64,000 bases of DNA from Candidatus Nealsonbacteria bacterium (GTDB taxonomy: Bacteria > Patescibacteriota > Minisyncoccia > Minisyncoccales > GWA2-38-27): contig JAUWWC010000001.1 in the NCBI GenBank assembly GCA_030617105.1, positions 4,759-68,758 of the forward strand, written 5' to 3'. The notes under the pieces were generated by a model. That model had not been told where the DNA came from, did not search any database, and was given only the letters and a program-made list of their open reading frames with translations. Positions 45,227-54,693 of the stretch are shown here, piece by piece. Position 1 is the first letter of the stretch. Every line of letters begins with the position of its first letter. Made by a program: the position numbers and the translations under genes.

Positions 45227-45988
45227 GTGAAAAATAGACAAAAATCTTTTACAATAATTGAACTTTTGCTAGTAATAGCTATTATTGGAGTTTTGGCAAG
45301 TCTTGTTTTTGTATCTATCAAAGGAGTTATGGAAATAGCCGGAATTGCTGGAGGTATTCAATTTGGCAGTAGTGTTTATCATGGTTTAGGAGCTTATGCA
45401 GTAGGAATTTGGGATTTTGATGAGGAAGCATTTCCAGTTAAAGATAGAAGTGGTAATGGAAATGATGGTAATTGTACGAGTTGTCCTGATTTTACAACCG
45501 AGACCCCAAATAAGAAAGGTTATGCCCTAGAATTCAATGGAAGCGATGATTGTATTGAAATACCTGATTCAGATACTTTAGATGGTATGGATGTTATAAC
45601 AATTGAGCTTTGGATAAAACCGTATGAAAAAGAAACAAAACAAAAATATGTTTTCAAAGAGCATTGTTATGAGTTTTTTTACGAGGCATCAAAGAACCAT
45701 TTAGAATTTAAAGTACATCATGATAACAAGAGCTCTATGGCACGCGCTGATGTTAGTATCAATATTGAAGAATGGCATCATTTAGTCGCAATTTACAATG
45801 GCTCAGAAATTAAAATATTTTTAGATGCCAAGCAGCTTTCTTTAGACAAACATGATATAAAAGGGGGAGCTGTAAAGGATAGTGATAAAACACTATATTT
45901 AGGTTGCAAAAAAAAGAAAGAATATTATAAAGGCATTATGGATAATGTTAAAATATATGAAAAAACCTTTAAGCTTAGCCCAGATTGA
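45227..45988 (+). CDS. type IV pilin/pseudopilin-like protein (GTG start) with C-terminal LamG/concanavalin-like domain
   Basis: KSFTIIELLLVIAIIGVLAS prepilin N-terminus (G/F-T-x-x-E); LamG-like beta-rich C-domain; wedged between pheS and pheT. Confidence 0.55.
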   Translation: MKNRQKSFTIIELLLVIAIIGVLASLVFVSIKGVMEIAGIAGGIQFGSSVYHGLGAYAVGIWDFDEEAFPVKDRSGNGNDGNCTSCPDFTTETPNKKGYALEFNGSDDCIEIPDSDTLDGMDVITIELWIKPYEKETKQKYVFKEHCYEFFYEASKNHLEFKVHHDNKSSMARADVSINIEEWHHLVAIYNGSEIKIFLDAKQLSLDKHDIKGGAVKDSDKTLYLGCKKKKEYYKGIMDNVKIYEKTFKLSPD

Positions 45989-46026
45989 AAAACTTTATGC
46001 CAAAGGAATAAAAAATAGAAGATTTT

Positions 46027-47979
46027 ATGATTTTTTCTTATAACTGGTTAAAAGATTATATTAAAAAATTGCCAAAACCAGAAAAGCTGGCACAGATTTT
46101 GACTATGCACAGTTTTGAAGTAGAGGAAGTTAAGAAAGTTGGCAAGGATTATGTTTTAGATATAGATATATTGCCAAATAGGGGACCCGACTGTTTTTCA
46201 CATATTGGAATTGCTAGAGAAATAGCAGCGGTTTTAGCTTTGAAGTTTAAACTTAAGGATATAAAAATAAAAGAGAATGAGAAAAAAACCAAAGACTTTA
46301 TTTCAGTAAATGCTAAAGATGATTGTATTCGCTATACTGCTAAAGTTATTACTGATGTAAAAGTTGGGTCTTCTCCAAAATGGATTCAGGAAAGATTAAA
46401 AGTTTGCGGGTTGCGGTCTATTAACAATATTGTAGATGCTGCAAACTATGTAATGTTGGAAACAGGTCAACCACTTCATGCTTTTGATTTGGATAAGATT
46501 GAGGGCAAAAAAATTATTGTTAGAAGAGCAAAAAAGGGAGAGAAGATTATTAGTTTAGACAATCAAAGATATAACTTAGATAGCGATATTTTAGTTATTG
46601 CAGACGCAAAAAATCCCTTGGCTATTGCTGGGATTAAAGGAGGAAAGAAAGCTGAAATAGATAAGAAAACAAAAACCATTGTTTTAGAGTCAGCTAATTT
46701 TGATTCCAGAGTTGTTCGGAGGGGTTCACAAAAACTAGGCTTGAAAACTGATGCTTCTTGGCGCTTTGAACATGGTCTTGATCCAAATCTAACAGAATTA
46801 GCAATAAATAGAGTAGCTAAATTAATTCAAGAAATTGCTAAGGGAAAAGTTGCTTCTGGTTTGGTTGATTTTTATCCTAAAAAAGTTTTGCCAAAGAAAA
46901 TAAAGTTGGACTTGAAATATGTTGAGAAATTACTAGGAAAAAAGATTCCCAAAAAAGAAATTAAAAGAATTTTAGAAAGCTTAGGATTCAAATACAAAGG
47001 GAATATCGTGGAAGTCCCTACTTTTAGATTGGATATTTCTTTGCAAGAAGATTTAATTGAAGAGATTGGCAGGATTTATGGATATGAGAAAATCTCTGCT
47101 GCTTTTCCTGTTGCTTGTTTAATTCCTCCAAAGAGAAACTTTGAGATTTTCTGGGAGAATATGACCAAAGATATTTTAAAAGAACTTGGATTTACTGAAG
47201 TATATAATTATTCTTTTATTAATGAGGAACAAACCAAGGTTTTTAAGGGCGCTATTGAGATAGAAAATCCAATGAGCAAGGAACAGAAATATTTAAGGCC
47301 GAGTTTAATTCCAAATCTATTAAAAAATATTAAAGAGAACCTCAAGCATTTTAAAGAAATTAAAATATTTGAATTAGGTAAGATATTTGACAGCCAAGGG
47401 GAAAAACAAATGTTAACTGGAGCAACTAGTGATAGTTTTTATCAGGCAAAAGGAGCAGTTGATACTTTATTGAACAAATTGGGAATTAGCGATATTTATT
47501 ATGATGAATATCATCCAGGTTCTTTTTGGCAGAAAGGAAAATGCGCTGAGATTAAAGTTAGTGGAGAAAAAATTGGTTGTTTGGGACAAATATCAGCTGA
47601 CAGAGACCGGGTCTCTGTTGTTGTCTTTGATATTGATTTTGAAGAATTAGCAAAACTCTGCTCAGAAGAGCACGAGTATCAGCCAATTTCTCAATACCCA
47701 GCAGCTGTCCGTGATTTGGCAATTTTAGTGCCAATAGATATCAAAGTTGTAGATGTATTGAATAAGATTAATATTGCTGGAGGCGCTTTAGTTAGAGATG
47801 TTGACCTTTTTGATATTTATGAAGGAGAAAGCATTGGTCAAGGAAAGAAGAATTTGGCTTTTCATATAATTTATCAAGCAGAGGATAGAACACTAAGTAC
47901 CCAAGAAATAAACAAGATGCAAGATAAAATTATTAAAGCGTTGGAAAGCGAGCCTGCTTGGCAAGTTCGACGACAATAA
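46027..47979 (+). CDS. pheT: phenylalanyl-tRNA synthetase beta subunit (650 aa, reduced)
   Basis: MIFSYNWLKDYI N-terminus; B3/4 and B5 regions. Confidence 0.85.
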   Translation: MIFSYNWLKDYIKKLPKPEKLAQILTMHSFEVEEVKKVGKDYVLDIDILPNRGPDCFSHIGIAREIAAVLALKFKLKDIKIKENEKKTKDFISVNAKDDCIRYTAKVITDVKVGSSPKWIQERLKVCGLRSINNIVDAANYVMLETGQPLHAFDLDKIEGKKIIVRRAKKGEKIISLDNQRYNLDSDILVIADAKNPLAIAGIKGGKKAEIDKKTKTIVLESANFDSRVVRRGSQKLGLKTDASWRFEHGLDPNLTELAINRVAKLIQEIAKGKVASGLVDFYPKKVLPKKIKLDLKYVEKLLGKKIPKKEIKRILESLGFKYKGNIVEVPTFRLDISLQEDLIEEIGRIYGYEKISAAFPVACLIPPKRNFEIFWENMTKDILKELGFTEVYNYSFINEEQTKVFKGAIEIENPMSKEQKYLRPSLIPNLLKNIKENLKHFKEIKIFELGKIFDSQGEKQMLTGATSDSFYQAKGAVDTLLNKLGISDIYYDEYHPGSFWQKGKCAEIKVSGEKIGCLGQISADRDRVSVVVFDIDFEELAKLCSEEHEYQPISQYPAAVRDLAILVPIDIKVVDVLNKINIAGGALVRDVDLFDIYEGESIGQGKKNLAFHIIYQAEDRTLSTQEINKMQDKIIKALESEPAWQVRRQ

Positions 47980-48010
47980 TTTCTAATTTCTAATTTCTAA
48001 TTTCTAATTT
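47977..48010 (+). repeat. (TAATTTC)x4.7 tandem heptamer microsatellite immediately upstream of gyrB start
   Basis: read directly: taatttc taatttc taatttc taatttc taattt ATG. Confidence 0.9.
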
Positions 48011-49957
48011 ATGCCTAAGAAAAAAACTACTAAAAAACCAAAAAAGAAAGAAACAGGTTATACTGCTGAAGATATTTATGTTTTAAAAGGTCTGGAGCCG
48101 GTTAGAAGAAGGCCGGCAATGTATATTGGTTCAACTGGTTCTGATGGCTTGCACCACTTAGTCTGGGAGGTTTTAGATAATGGTTTAGACGAATGCCTGG
48201 CTGGTTATGCAAAAAACATTGAGATTATTCTTTTGCCTGGGAATAGAGTTAGAACAACTGATGATGGTAGAGGCATTCCAGTAGAGAAGCATCCTCAGAC
48301 AAAGAAGTCAGCTTTAGAAACAGTAATGACTACTTTGCATGCTGGAGGTAAGTTTGGAGGCAAGGCATATCAAGTGGCTGGCGGTCTGCATGGAGTAGGT
48401 GTTTCAGTTGTTTGCGCTTTGTCTAATTATATGAAAGCTGAGGTTTGTCGTGGAGGAGCTAGATATGGTCAGGAGTATTCCAAAGGCAAGGCAAAGACAA
48501 AGGTTAAAAAGATAGGTTCTTGCAGGCAGACAGGAACAACTGTTTTATTTGAGCCAGATCCAGAAATCTTTAAAGAGATTAAGTTTAATGCAAAAAGGAT
48601 TTTAAAGCATCTGCGGCAGCAAGCCTATTTAACTAAAGGAATTAGAATAACCTTTAAAGATGAAAGAGAAAAAGAAAAGACAAGTTATAGTTTCTATTTT
48701 GAAGGCGGTCTTGCCTCATATATTAAATATTTGACTCATGGTTCTGCACCACGTAATCCTAATGTTTTTTACTGCTATGGTGAGAAAAATGGAATGGTTG
48801 TTGAGGCATCTTTTCAGTATACTGAAGAATATGAATATTATGAAGAAGGTTTTGCTAATAATATCCATACTGAAGAAGGAGGCACTCACTTGACTGGATT
48901 TAGAACTGCTTTAACCAGGACTTTTAATGACTATGCTAAGAGGAATGATTTTCTTAAAGAATCAGATGATAATTTATCAGGTGATGATGTTAGGGAGGGT
49001 TTAACTGGAGTTGTTGCAGTAAAGATAAAAGAGCCGCAGTTTGAAGGTCAAACCAAGGCAAAGTTAGGTAATCCAGAAGCCAAACTTATAGTAGACCAAG
49101 TCGTTTCTGAACATCTAACTGATTTCTTAGAAAGGAATCCTCAAGATGCTAAAGCCATTATTGAGAAGTGCATTTTATCTTCTCGTGCTAGAAAGGCGGC
49201 AAGAGCAGCTAGAGAAACTGTGTTAAGGAAAGGAGTTTTAGAAGGCCTTGCCTTGCCTGGGAAGTTAGCTGATTGCGCTTCAAAAAAGCCTGAAGAATCG
49301 GAGCTATTTGTAGTGGAAGGCGAGAGTGCCGGAGGTAGTGGAAAGCAAGGCCGGGATAGAAGGTTTCAGGCAATTTTGCCTCTTAAGGGCAAAATCTTAA
49401 ACGTTGAAAGAGCCAGAATAGATAGAATCTTATCTTCAAAAGAGATTAGAGCTTTAATTATTGCTTTAGGAACTGCTATTGGCGAAGACTTTGACATTGA
49501 AAAAGCAAGATATCACAAAATTATTATAATGGCTGATTCTGATTCGGATGGAAATCATATCAGAACCTTACTTTTGACTCTTTTCTTTCGTTATTTCAGA
49601 CCCATAATTGAAAAAGGTTATCTTTATATCGCCCAACCTCCACTTTATAAGATTCAATCAGGAAAGAGAATTGAATATACTTACACTGAAGATGGGAAAA
49701 AGAAAACTTTAGATTTACTGAAAAAAGAAAAAATAACAAATCCTTCCATTCAAAGATATAAAGGTTTGGGAGAAATGAATCCAGAAGAGTTATGGCACAC
49801 AGCAATGGATCCAGAAAAGCGGACTTTATTACAGATTACTATTGAGGATGCTAAAGAAGCAGACAGGATTTTTGATACTTTAATGGGAGAAGAGGTTCCT
49901 CCAAGAAAGAAATTCATCCAAACCTATGCCAAGAAGGTAAAGAACCTTGACATTTAG
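48011..49957 (+). CDS. gyrB: DNA gyrase subunit B (type IIA topoisomerase ATPase subunit)
   Basis: GHKL ATPase N-domain (LHHLVWEVLDN), TOPRIM (EGESAGGS), 648 aa. Confidence 0.85.
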   Translation: MPKKKTTKKPKKKETGYTAEDIYVLKGLEPVRRRPAMYIGSTGSDGLHHLVWEVLDNGLDECLAGYAKNIEIILLPGNRVRTTDDGRGIPVEKHPQTKKSALETVMTTLHAGGKFGGKAYQVAGGLHGVGVSVVCALSNYMKAEVCRGGARYGQEYSKGKAKTKVKKIGSCRQTGTTVLFEPDPEIFKEIKFNAKRILKHLRQQAYLTKGIRITFKDEREKEKTSYSFYFEGGLASYIKYLTHGSAPRNPNVFYCYGEKNGMVVEASFQYTEEYEYYEEGFANNIHTEEGGTHLTGFRTALTRTFNDYAKRNDFLKESDDNLSGDDVREGLTGVVAVKIKEPQFEGQTKAKLGNPEAKLIVDQVVSEHLTDFLERNPQDAKAIIEKCILSSRARKAARAARETVLRKGVLEGLALPGKLADCASKKPEESELFVVEGESAGGSGKQGRDRRFQAILPLKGKILNVERARIDRILSSKEIRALIIALGTAIGEDFDIEKARYHKIIIMADSDSDGNHIRTLLLTLFFRYFRPIIEKGYLYIAQPPLYKIQSGKRIEYTYTEDGKKKTLDLLKKEKITNPSIQRYKGLGEMNPEELWHTAMDPEKRTLLQITIEDAKEADRIFDTLMGEEVPPRKKFIQTYAKKVKNLDI

Positions 49958-50007
49958 AAAATAAAAAAAGCCCCTTAGGTTTCACCTAAAGAGCTTATAT
50001 TCAGAAC

Positions 50008-50406
50008 CTATAAAAGATAGAATCTTAAATCTAAAGCGTCTATTATGGGCCATCCGATTATCCATAGGCCCATAAAGAACTCGTATATTACAGGTCTTTG
50101 ATATGGCGTGATTCGCGTGCCAAAAATTATAGCTCCGGAACAAAAAAGAACAAAGCAAGCTAAGCTTAAAAATATAAGTTTCCTAGAGCGTATGTTGACT
50201 ATCATTAATATCTTATTTAGTAATGATGATATAAACCAGATTATCACCAATATGCTTAGCAGAACTGTAAATTTATACTGATATTCTCCTGGATCTGTTT
50301 TTTGGTAAGATGCGAATATTCCAAGAAACATGATCAAGATGGATACGATCCCTGTTATTCGTCTTACATCTATTCTTCTCCTTCTTCCTTTCCATGTTGT
50401 CCACAT
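50008..50406 (-). CDS. hypothetical membrane protein (132 aa, 4 TM)
   Basis: hydrophobic segments; own minus-strand promoter from palindromic -35 at 50497-50503. Confidence 0.45.
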   Translation of the reverse strand: MWTTWKGRRRRIDVRRITGIVSILIMFLGIFASYQKTDPGEYQYKFTVLLSILVIIWFISSLLNKILMIVNIRSRKLIFLSLACFVLFCSGAIIFGTRITPYQRPVIYEFFMGLWIIGWPIIDALDLRFYLL

Positions 50407-50496
50407 TTTTTTCTCCTTTCTTAATAAACTTCTTTTATTTTTTTTGTAAAAGTGCTTTTCTAAATTCTAGTTAGATTGTATTATATTATTAAATTT

Positions 50497-50537
50497 TTGT
50501 CAAGAAAATTGACAGCACCATTATTTTCGGTTAATAT
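50497..50537. promoter_or_regulatory. divergent promoters with palindromic -35 pair TTGTCAA-GAAAA-TTGACA; plus-strand TTGACA(50509-50514)-N17-TAATAT for secE-nusG-rplK
   Basis: read directly; same architecture as 2387-2407 and 17726-17754. Confidence 0.45.
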
Positions 50538-50581
50538 AAGCATAGCTTAATTATTATAAGTATACTCAATTATAAAAAACT

Positions 50582-50782
50582 ATGAAAATTAGTAATTTGC
50601 CTAAAAAACTCGTTAGTTTCTTAAAAGAGGTAAAACTTGAGATGAAGAAAGTTAATTGGCCTACTAAGAAAGAAACTATAAAATATACTTTAATTATTAT
50701 TGCGGTTTCAATTGCTGTAGCTGTGTTTTTAGGCGGTCTGGATTATATATTCTCAACAATATTAAATAAATTTGTTTTATAA
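50582..50782 (+). CDS. secE: preprotein translocase subunit SecE
   Basis: 66 aa, single C-terminal TM; precedes nusG. Confidence 0.7.
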   Translation: MKISNLPKKLVSFLKEVKLEMKKVNWPTKKETIKYTLIIIAVSIAVAVFLGGLDYIFSTILNKFVL

Positions 50783-51327
50783 TGCCTAAGCAGAGATTAC
50801 CACAACAAAAAAACTGGTATGTAATTCATACTTATTCTGGTTATGAAGATGCAGTTGCTAAAAACCTTAAGCAAAGGGTGGAGTCATTGGGCATGGAAGA
50901 TAAGATTTTTAATGTCTTGGTGCCAAAAGAGAAAAAGATTAAGATTAAAAGCGGTAAAAGAAAAACAGTTGAAGAAAAGATTTATCCAGGTTATGTTTTG
51001 GTTGAAATGATTGTTACTGATGATTCTTGGTATGTTGTCAGAAACACTCCTAATGTAACTGGTTTTGTTGGGGTGGGTACCACGCCAGTGCCAGTTTCAC
51101 CAAAAGAAGTGGAAACTTTGCAGGCAAGAATGGGCGTAGAAACTCCTCAGTATAAGATTGAGGTTAAGCCAGGGGATTCAGTAAAGATTATTGATGGCCC
51201 TTTTAAAGATTTTGATGGCAAGGTTTCAGAAATTGATGAAGCGAGGGGAAAGATAAAAGTTTTGGTAAATATGTTTGGCAGAGATACTCCTGTTGAGTTG
51301 GACTCTTTACAGATTAAAAAGCTTTAA
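50782..51327 (+). CDS. nusG: transcription termination/antitermination factor NusG
   Basis: NGN domain (WYVIHTYSGYE) and KOW (GDSVKIIDGPFKDFDGKV). Confidence 0.85.
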   Translation: MPKQRLPQQKNWYVIHTYSGYEDAVAKNLKQRVESLGMEDKIFNVLVPKEKKIKIKSGKRKTVEEKIYPGYVLVEMIVTDDSWYVVRNTPNVTGFVGVGTTPVPVSPKEVETLQARMGVETPQYKIEVKPGDSVKIIDGPFKDFDGKVSEIDEARGKIKVLVNMFGRDTPVELDSLQIKKL

Positions 51328-51330
51328 AAT

Positions 51331-51756
51331 ATGGCAAAAAAAGTTATCGCAATTATCAAGCTTCAAATTCCAGCTGGTCAAGCAACCCCTGCTCCTCCAG
51401 TAGGGCCTTCTTTAGCTCAGCATGGACTAAATATTGCAGAATTCTGCCAGAAGTTTAATGATGCAACAAAAAATCAAACAGGTTTTACTGTGCCAGTAGA
51501 GATTACAGTTTATCAAGATAGAACTTATGATTTCAAGACAAAACAGCCACCAGCTGCAGAGCTTCTGAAAAAGGCAGCTGCAATTGAGAAGGGTTCTGGA
51601 GTGCCGAATAAAACAAAAGTTGCTAAAATTACAAAAGCCCAACTCAAAGAGATTGCACAAAAGAAAATGCCTGACTTAAACACTACTGACATTGAGCAGG
51701 CAATGAAAATCATTGAAGGCACTGCGAAGAACATGGGTATAGAAATAGAAAAATAA
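51331..51756 (+). CDS. rplK: 50S ribosomal protein L11
   Basis: [27 protein letters not shown]11 signature. Confidence 0.85.
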   Translation: MAKKVIAIIKLQIPAGQATPAPPVGPSLAQHGLNIAEFCQKFNDATKNQTGFTVPVEITVYQDRTYDFKTKQPPAAELLKKAAAIEKGSGVPNKTKVAKITKAQLKEIAQKKMPDLNTTDIEQAMKIIEGTAKNMGIEIEK

Positions 51757-51767
51757 TTTCTTATTAC

Positions 51768-52286
51768 ATGAAAGAGTCCCCAAAAATAAATAATAAACAA
51801 TCTAGATATATTCGCCCAACTTGGGATGAATATTTTCTGAGCTTATTAGAGCCTTTAGGAAGAAGGGGAACCTGTGATCGAGGTCGCAGCGGCGCTGTTA
51901 TTGTAAGCAAGGCTAATACAATTTTAGCCACAGGTTATGTGGGATCGCCGCCGGGTCAGCCGCATTGCGATGAAGTCGGCCATATGATGGTGAAGGTTAT
52001 TGACGAGGAGGGAAATCAGTCCCAGCACTGTGTAAGAACCCTGCATGCAGAAGAAAATGCCATTTTGCAGTGTGCTAAAGACGGGGTAAAGCTTGAGGGA
52101 GCAACAGTTTATTGCAAAATGGTACCTTGTTATAACTGCAGCATGAGAATAGTGCGCGTAGGTATAAAGAGGGTGGTAGCACAAAAAAGATACCACGCAG
52201 ATCAGTTGTCAGTGGAATTATTTAAAAGTGCCGGCGTTAAAATATCCATAGTTGATAACACAATGGAAAAATACGCCCGACAGTAA
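51768..52286 (+). CDS. dCMP deaminase / CMP-dCMP deaminase zinc-binding family
   Basis: HAEENAI ... PCYNCS zinc-binding motifs. Confidence 0.75.
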   Translation: MKESPKINNKQSRYIRPTWDEYFLSLLEPLGRRGTCDRGRSGAVIVSKANTILATGYVGSPPGQPHCDEVGHMMVKVIDEEGNQSQHCVRTLHAEENAILQCAKDGVKLEGATVYCKMVPCYNCSMRIVRVGIKRVVAQKRYHADQLSVELFKSAGVKISIVDNTMEKYARQ

Positions 52287-52347
52287 GAACCTCGCCTTTG
52301 GCGAGAACCTTGATTCGTCATTGTAAAACATATAATCTTGAATTAAA

Positions 52348-53064
52348 ATGCTCAAAAATCAATATCCGGGAAAATTTATAGTTCTTGAGGGCTTAGATGG
52401 GTCAGGAAAATCAACCCAATCTAAATTATTGATTAGGCATTTGAAAAGCAAAGGATATAAAGTAGAAACAATTGATTTTCCTCGGCACGGTGAAAAACCA
52501 GCCTGGTTGGTAGATGAATATCTAAGAGGTAAATATGGTACTGCAGAAGAAGTGGGACCTTACAGGGGTTCTATTTTTTATGCTTGTGACAGATATGATG
52601 CTGGTTTCAAAATAAGAAAATGGTTAAAAGATGGGAAAATAGTTATTGCTGATAGATATCTTGCTTCAAACATAGGTCATCAAGGTGGCAAGATAAAAAA
52701 TAAAAAAGAAAGAAAAAAATACTTTGACTGGCTCTATCATTTAGAATACGAAATCTTAAAAATTCCTAAGCCTGACTATAATTTTATTCTTAAAACCTCG
52801 CCTAAATTTTCTTTAAAACTAGCTCATAAAATAACTGACAAAGAAAAAAAAGCAAGAAGAAAAGCTTACTTAGGCAGAAGCGATAAAAGAGATATTCATG
52901 AAAAGGACAAAAAGCACTTGGAAGATACTTTAAAATCGTATTTACATGCAGCTAAAGAATTTCCAAAGGAGTTCAAAGTTATAGAATGTATAGAAAATAA
53001 TAAATTATTATCTCCAGAAGTAATTCATGAGAAAATTTGGAAATTAATGAAGGAAATATTATAA
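52348..53064 (+). CDS. tmk: thymidylate kinase
   Basis: LEGLDGSGKSTQ P-loop, DRY motif. Confidence 0.8.
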   Translation: MLKNQYPGKFIVLEGLDGSGKSTQSKLLIRHLKSKGYKVETIDFPRHGEKPAWLVDEYLRGKYGTAEEVGPYRGSIFYACDRYDAGFKIRKWLKDGKIVIADRYLASNIGHQGGKIKNKKERKKYFDWLYHLEYEILKIPKPDYNFILKTSPKFSLKLAHKITDKEKKARRKAYLGRSDKRDIHEKDKKHLEDTLKSYLHAAKEFPKEFKVIECIENNKLLSPEVIHEKIWKLMKEIL

Positions 53065-53067
53065 CCT

Positions 53068-54693
53068 ATGGAGATAACAGAACAAGATAAATACTTATTA
53101 GAGCCGTTTTTTACTAATTTAGATAAATCGGTTTTTGCAGTGAGTTTTTTACCTCCAGAAGTGATTGGCGCTTTATGTTCCAGAACAAGCAGAGCTAAAC
53201 AGGACTTGAGAATGATATTCTTGAATGAGTTTATAAAACCCTTTATTGAAGAGGAAAGCGAATATGGAAAATCTCTAAAAGCTTTAATTGATTTTCTGCA
53301 TAAATATCCCATAGAACTTATTTTTTCAAATCCAAAAGGCAGAGAATTCTATATCAAATGGCTTGCTCAATTTGGAGATGATTCTATTGCCCAGATGGCA
53401 GGTACCCACCTTATATATTCAGGCATTTCCCAAATAACTATAAAGCATTTTGAGGATATGCGTCTTGGCATTGCTCCTATTGAGAAATCAACCCGTTATG
53501 TTGATTATTCATCTAAGGTTAATAATCAATACCGCTATTATACTGATCCAAGTTTAGAAAAGATGGGTTTGATTGAAGAATATAAAGAAGTAATGGATAA
53601 TCTTTTTGAAACATATGGTTCATTATTGCAGAAATACCTTGAACATTTGAAAAAGCAATATCCTGGAGAAAAAGAAAGCTTATTAAAAACAAAAGCATTT
53701 GATGTTAATAGAAAGCTTTTGCCAAATGCAACTCTTAGCCAGGTTTCTTTTTTTGGTAATGGCCAGGCATTTGAGTATTTAATAAATAGGTCTTTAGACC
53801 ATAAGTTAGGAGAAATACAATGGGCAGGCAAAAGAGCTTTTGAAGAGTTAAGTAAAATTATCCCTGCTTTTTTGAGAAGAGTAAAGAGTGAGGAATCTAA
53901 AGAATACAGGAACTATTTGTCAGAGAGGGGAGAGAGAATTCAGAAATCGCTTGAGCAAATTACTTGGAAAAAAGAGATAACATCATCTGAAGCTTCAGTT
54001 AAATTGCTTGATTTTGACCCAGATGGTGAGAATAAGATAATTGCTGGATTGCTTTATTTAGAACTTCACGAGCCATATGAGAATATTCTTCAGAAAGTAA
54101 GACGTTTATCAAATGAAAATAAAGAGAGAATTCTTCAAGAGGTTCTAAAAGACAGGAAGTTTAAATATTATAAGGTGCCAAGGGCTTTTGAAAATACTTA
54201 TTTGAGGTTTGAAATTGTAATGAATACTGGTGCTTGGCGTGATTTGCATCGTCATCGCATCCATACTCAATATAGGGAAAGATTTAATATCTATAATGGT
54301 TTTGATATACCAGAAGAGCTTAAACAAGCTAATCTTGATTCAGAATATGTTTCAGCAATAAAAAGAACTGAAGAATTGTTTAAGAAAATAGAGAAAATTG
54401 ACCCAGATATTGCTCAATATTGCTGTACCCTTGCTCATAAAGTAAGATTTATCCAGTATCAAAACTTAAGGTCCTTCTTTTGGGAAACAGAACTTAGAAC
54501 CATTCCTGAAGGACATCCTGATTACAGAAAAATAGAGCAGGAAAAGATAAAATTAGTTCAGAAAATATACCCTTTAATTGGGAAATACCTCTTGGTGGAT
54601 ATGGGAACTTATGACTTTGCTCGGCGCAGAGATGCCGAACAAATTCAAAAAAAAGAACAAGAATTAAAATCATGGAATATAAGCCAACAATAG
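53068..54693 (+). CDS. thyX: ThyX-like flavin-dependent thymidylate synthase, double-length (541 aa)
   Basis: WRDLHRHR (RHR motif) in C-terminal half; neighbourhood of dCMP deaminase and tmk. Confidence 0.45.
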   Translation: MEITEQDKYLLEPFFTNLDKSVFAVSFLPPEVIGALCSRTSRAKQDLRMIFLNEFIKPFIEEESEYGKSLKALIDFLHKYPIELIFSNPKGREFYIKWLAQFGDDSIAQMAGTHLIYSGISQITIKHFEDMRLGIAPIEKSTRYVDYSSKVNNQYRYYTDPSLEKMGLIEEYKEVMDNLFETYGSLLQKYLEHLKKQYPGEKESLLKTKAFDVNRKLLPNATLSQVSFFGNGQAFEYLINRSLDHKLGEIQWAGKRAFEELSKIIPAFLRRVKSEESKEYRNYLSERGERIQKSLEQITWKKEITSSEASVKLLDFDPDGENKIIAGLLYLELHEPYENILQKVRRLSNENKERILQEVLKDRKFKYYKVPRAFENTYLRFEIVMNTGAWRDLHRHRIHTQYRERFNIYNGFDIPEELKQANLDSEYVSAIKRTEELFKKIEKIDPDIAQYCCTLAHKVRFIQYQNLRSFFWETELRTIPEGHPDYRKIEQEKIKLVQKIYPLIGKYLLVDMGTYDFARRRDAEQIQKKEQELKSWNISQQ

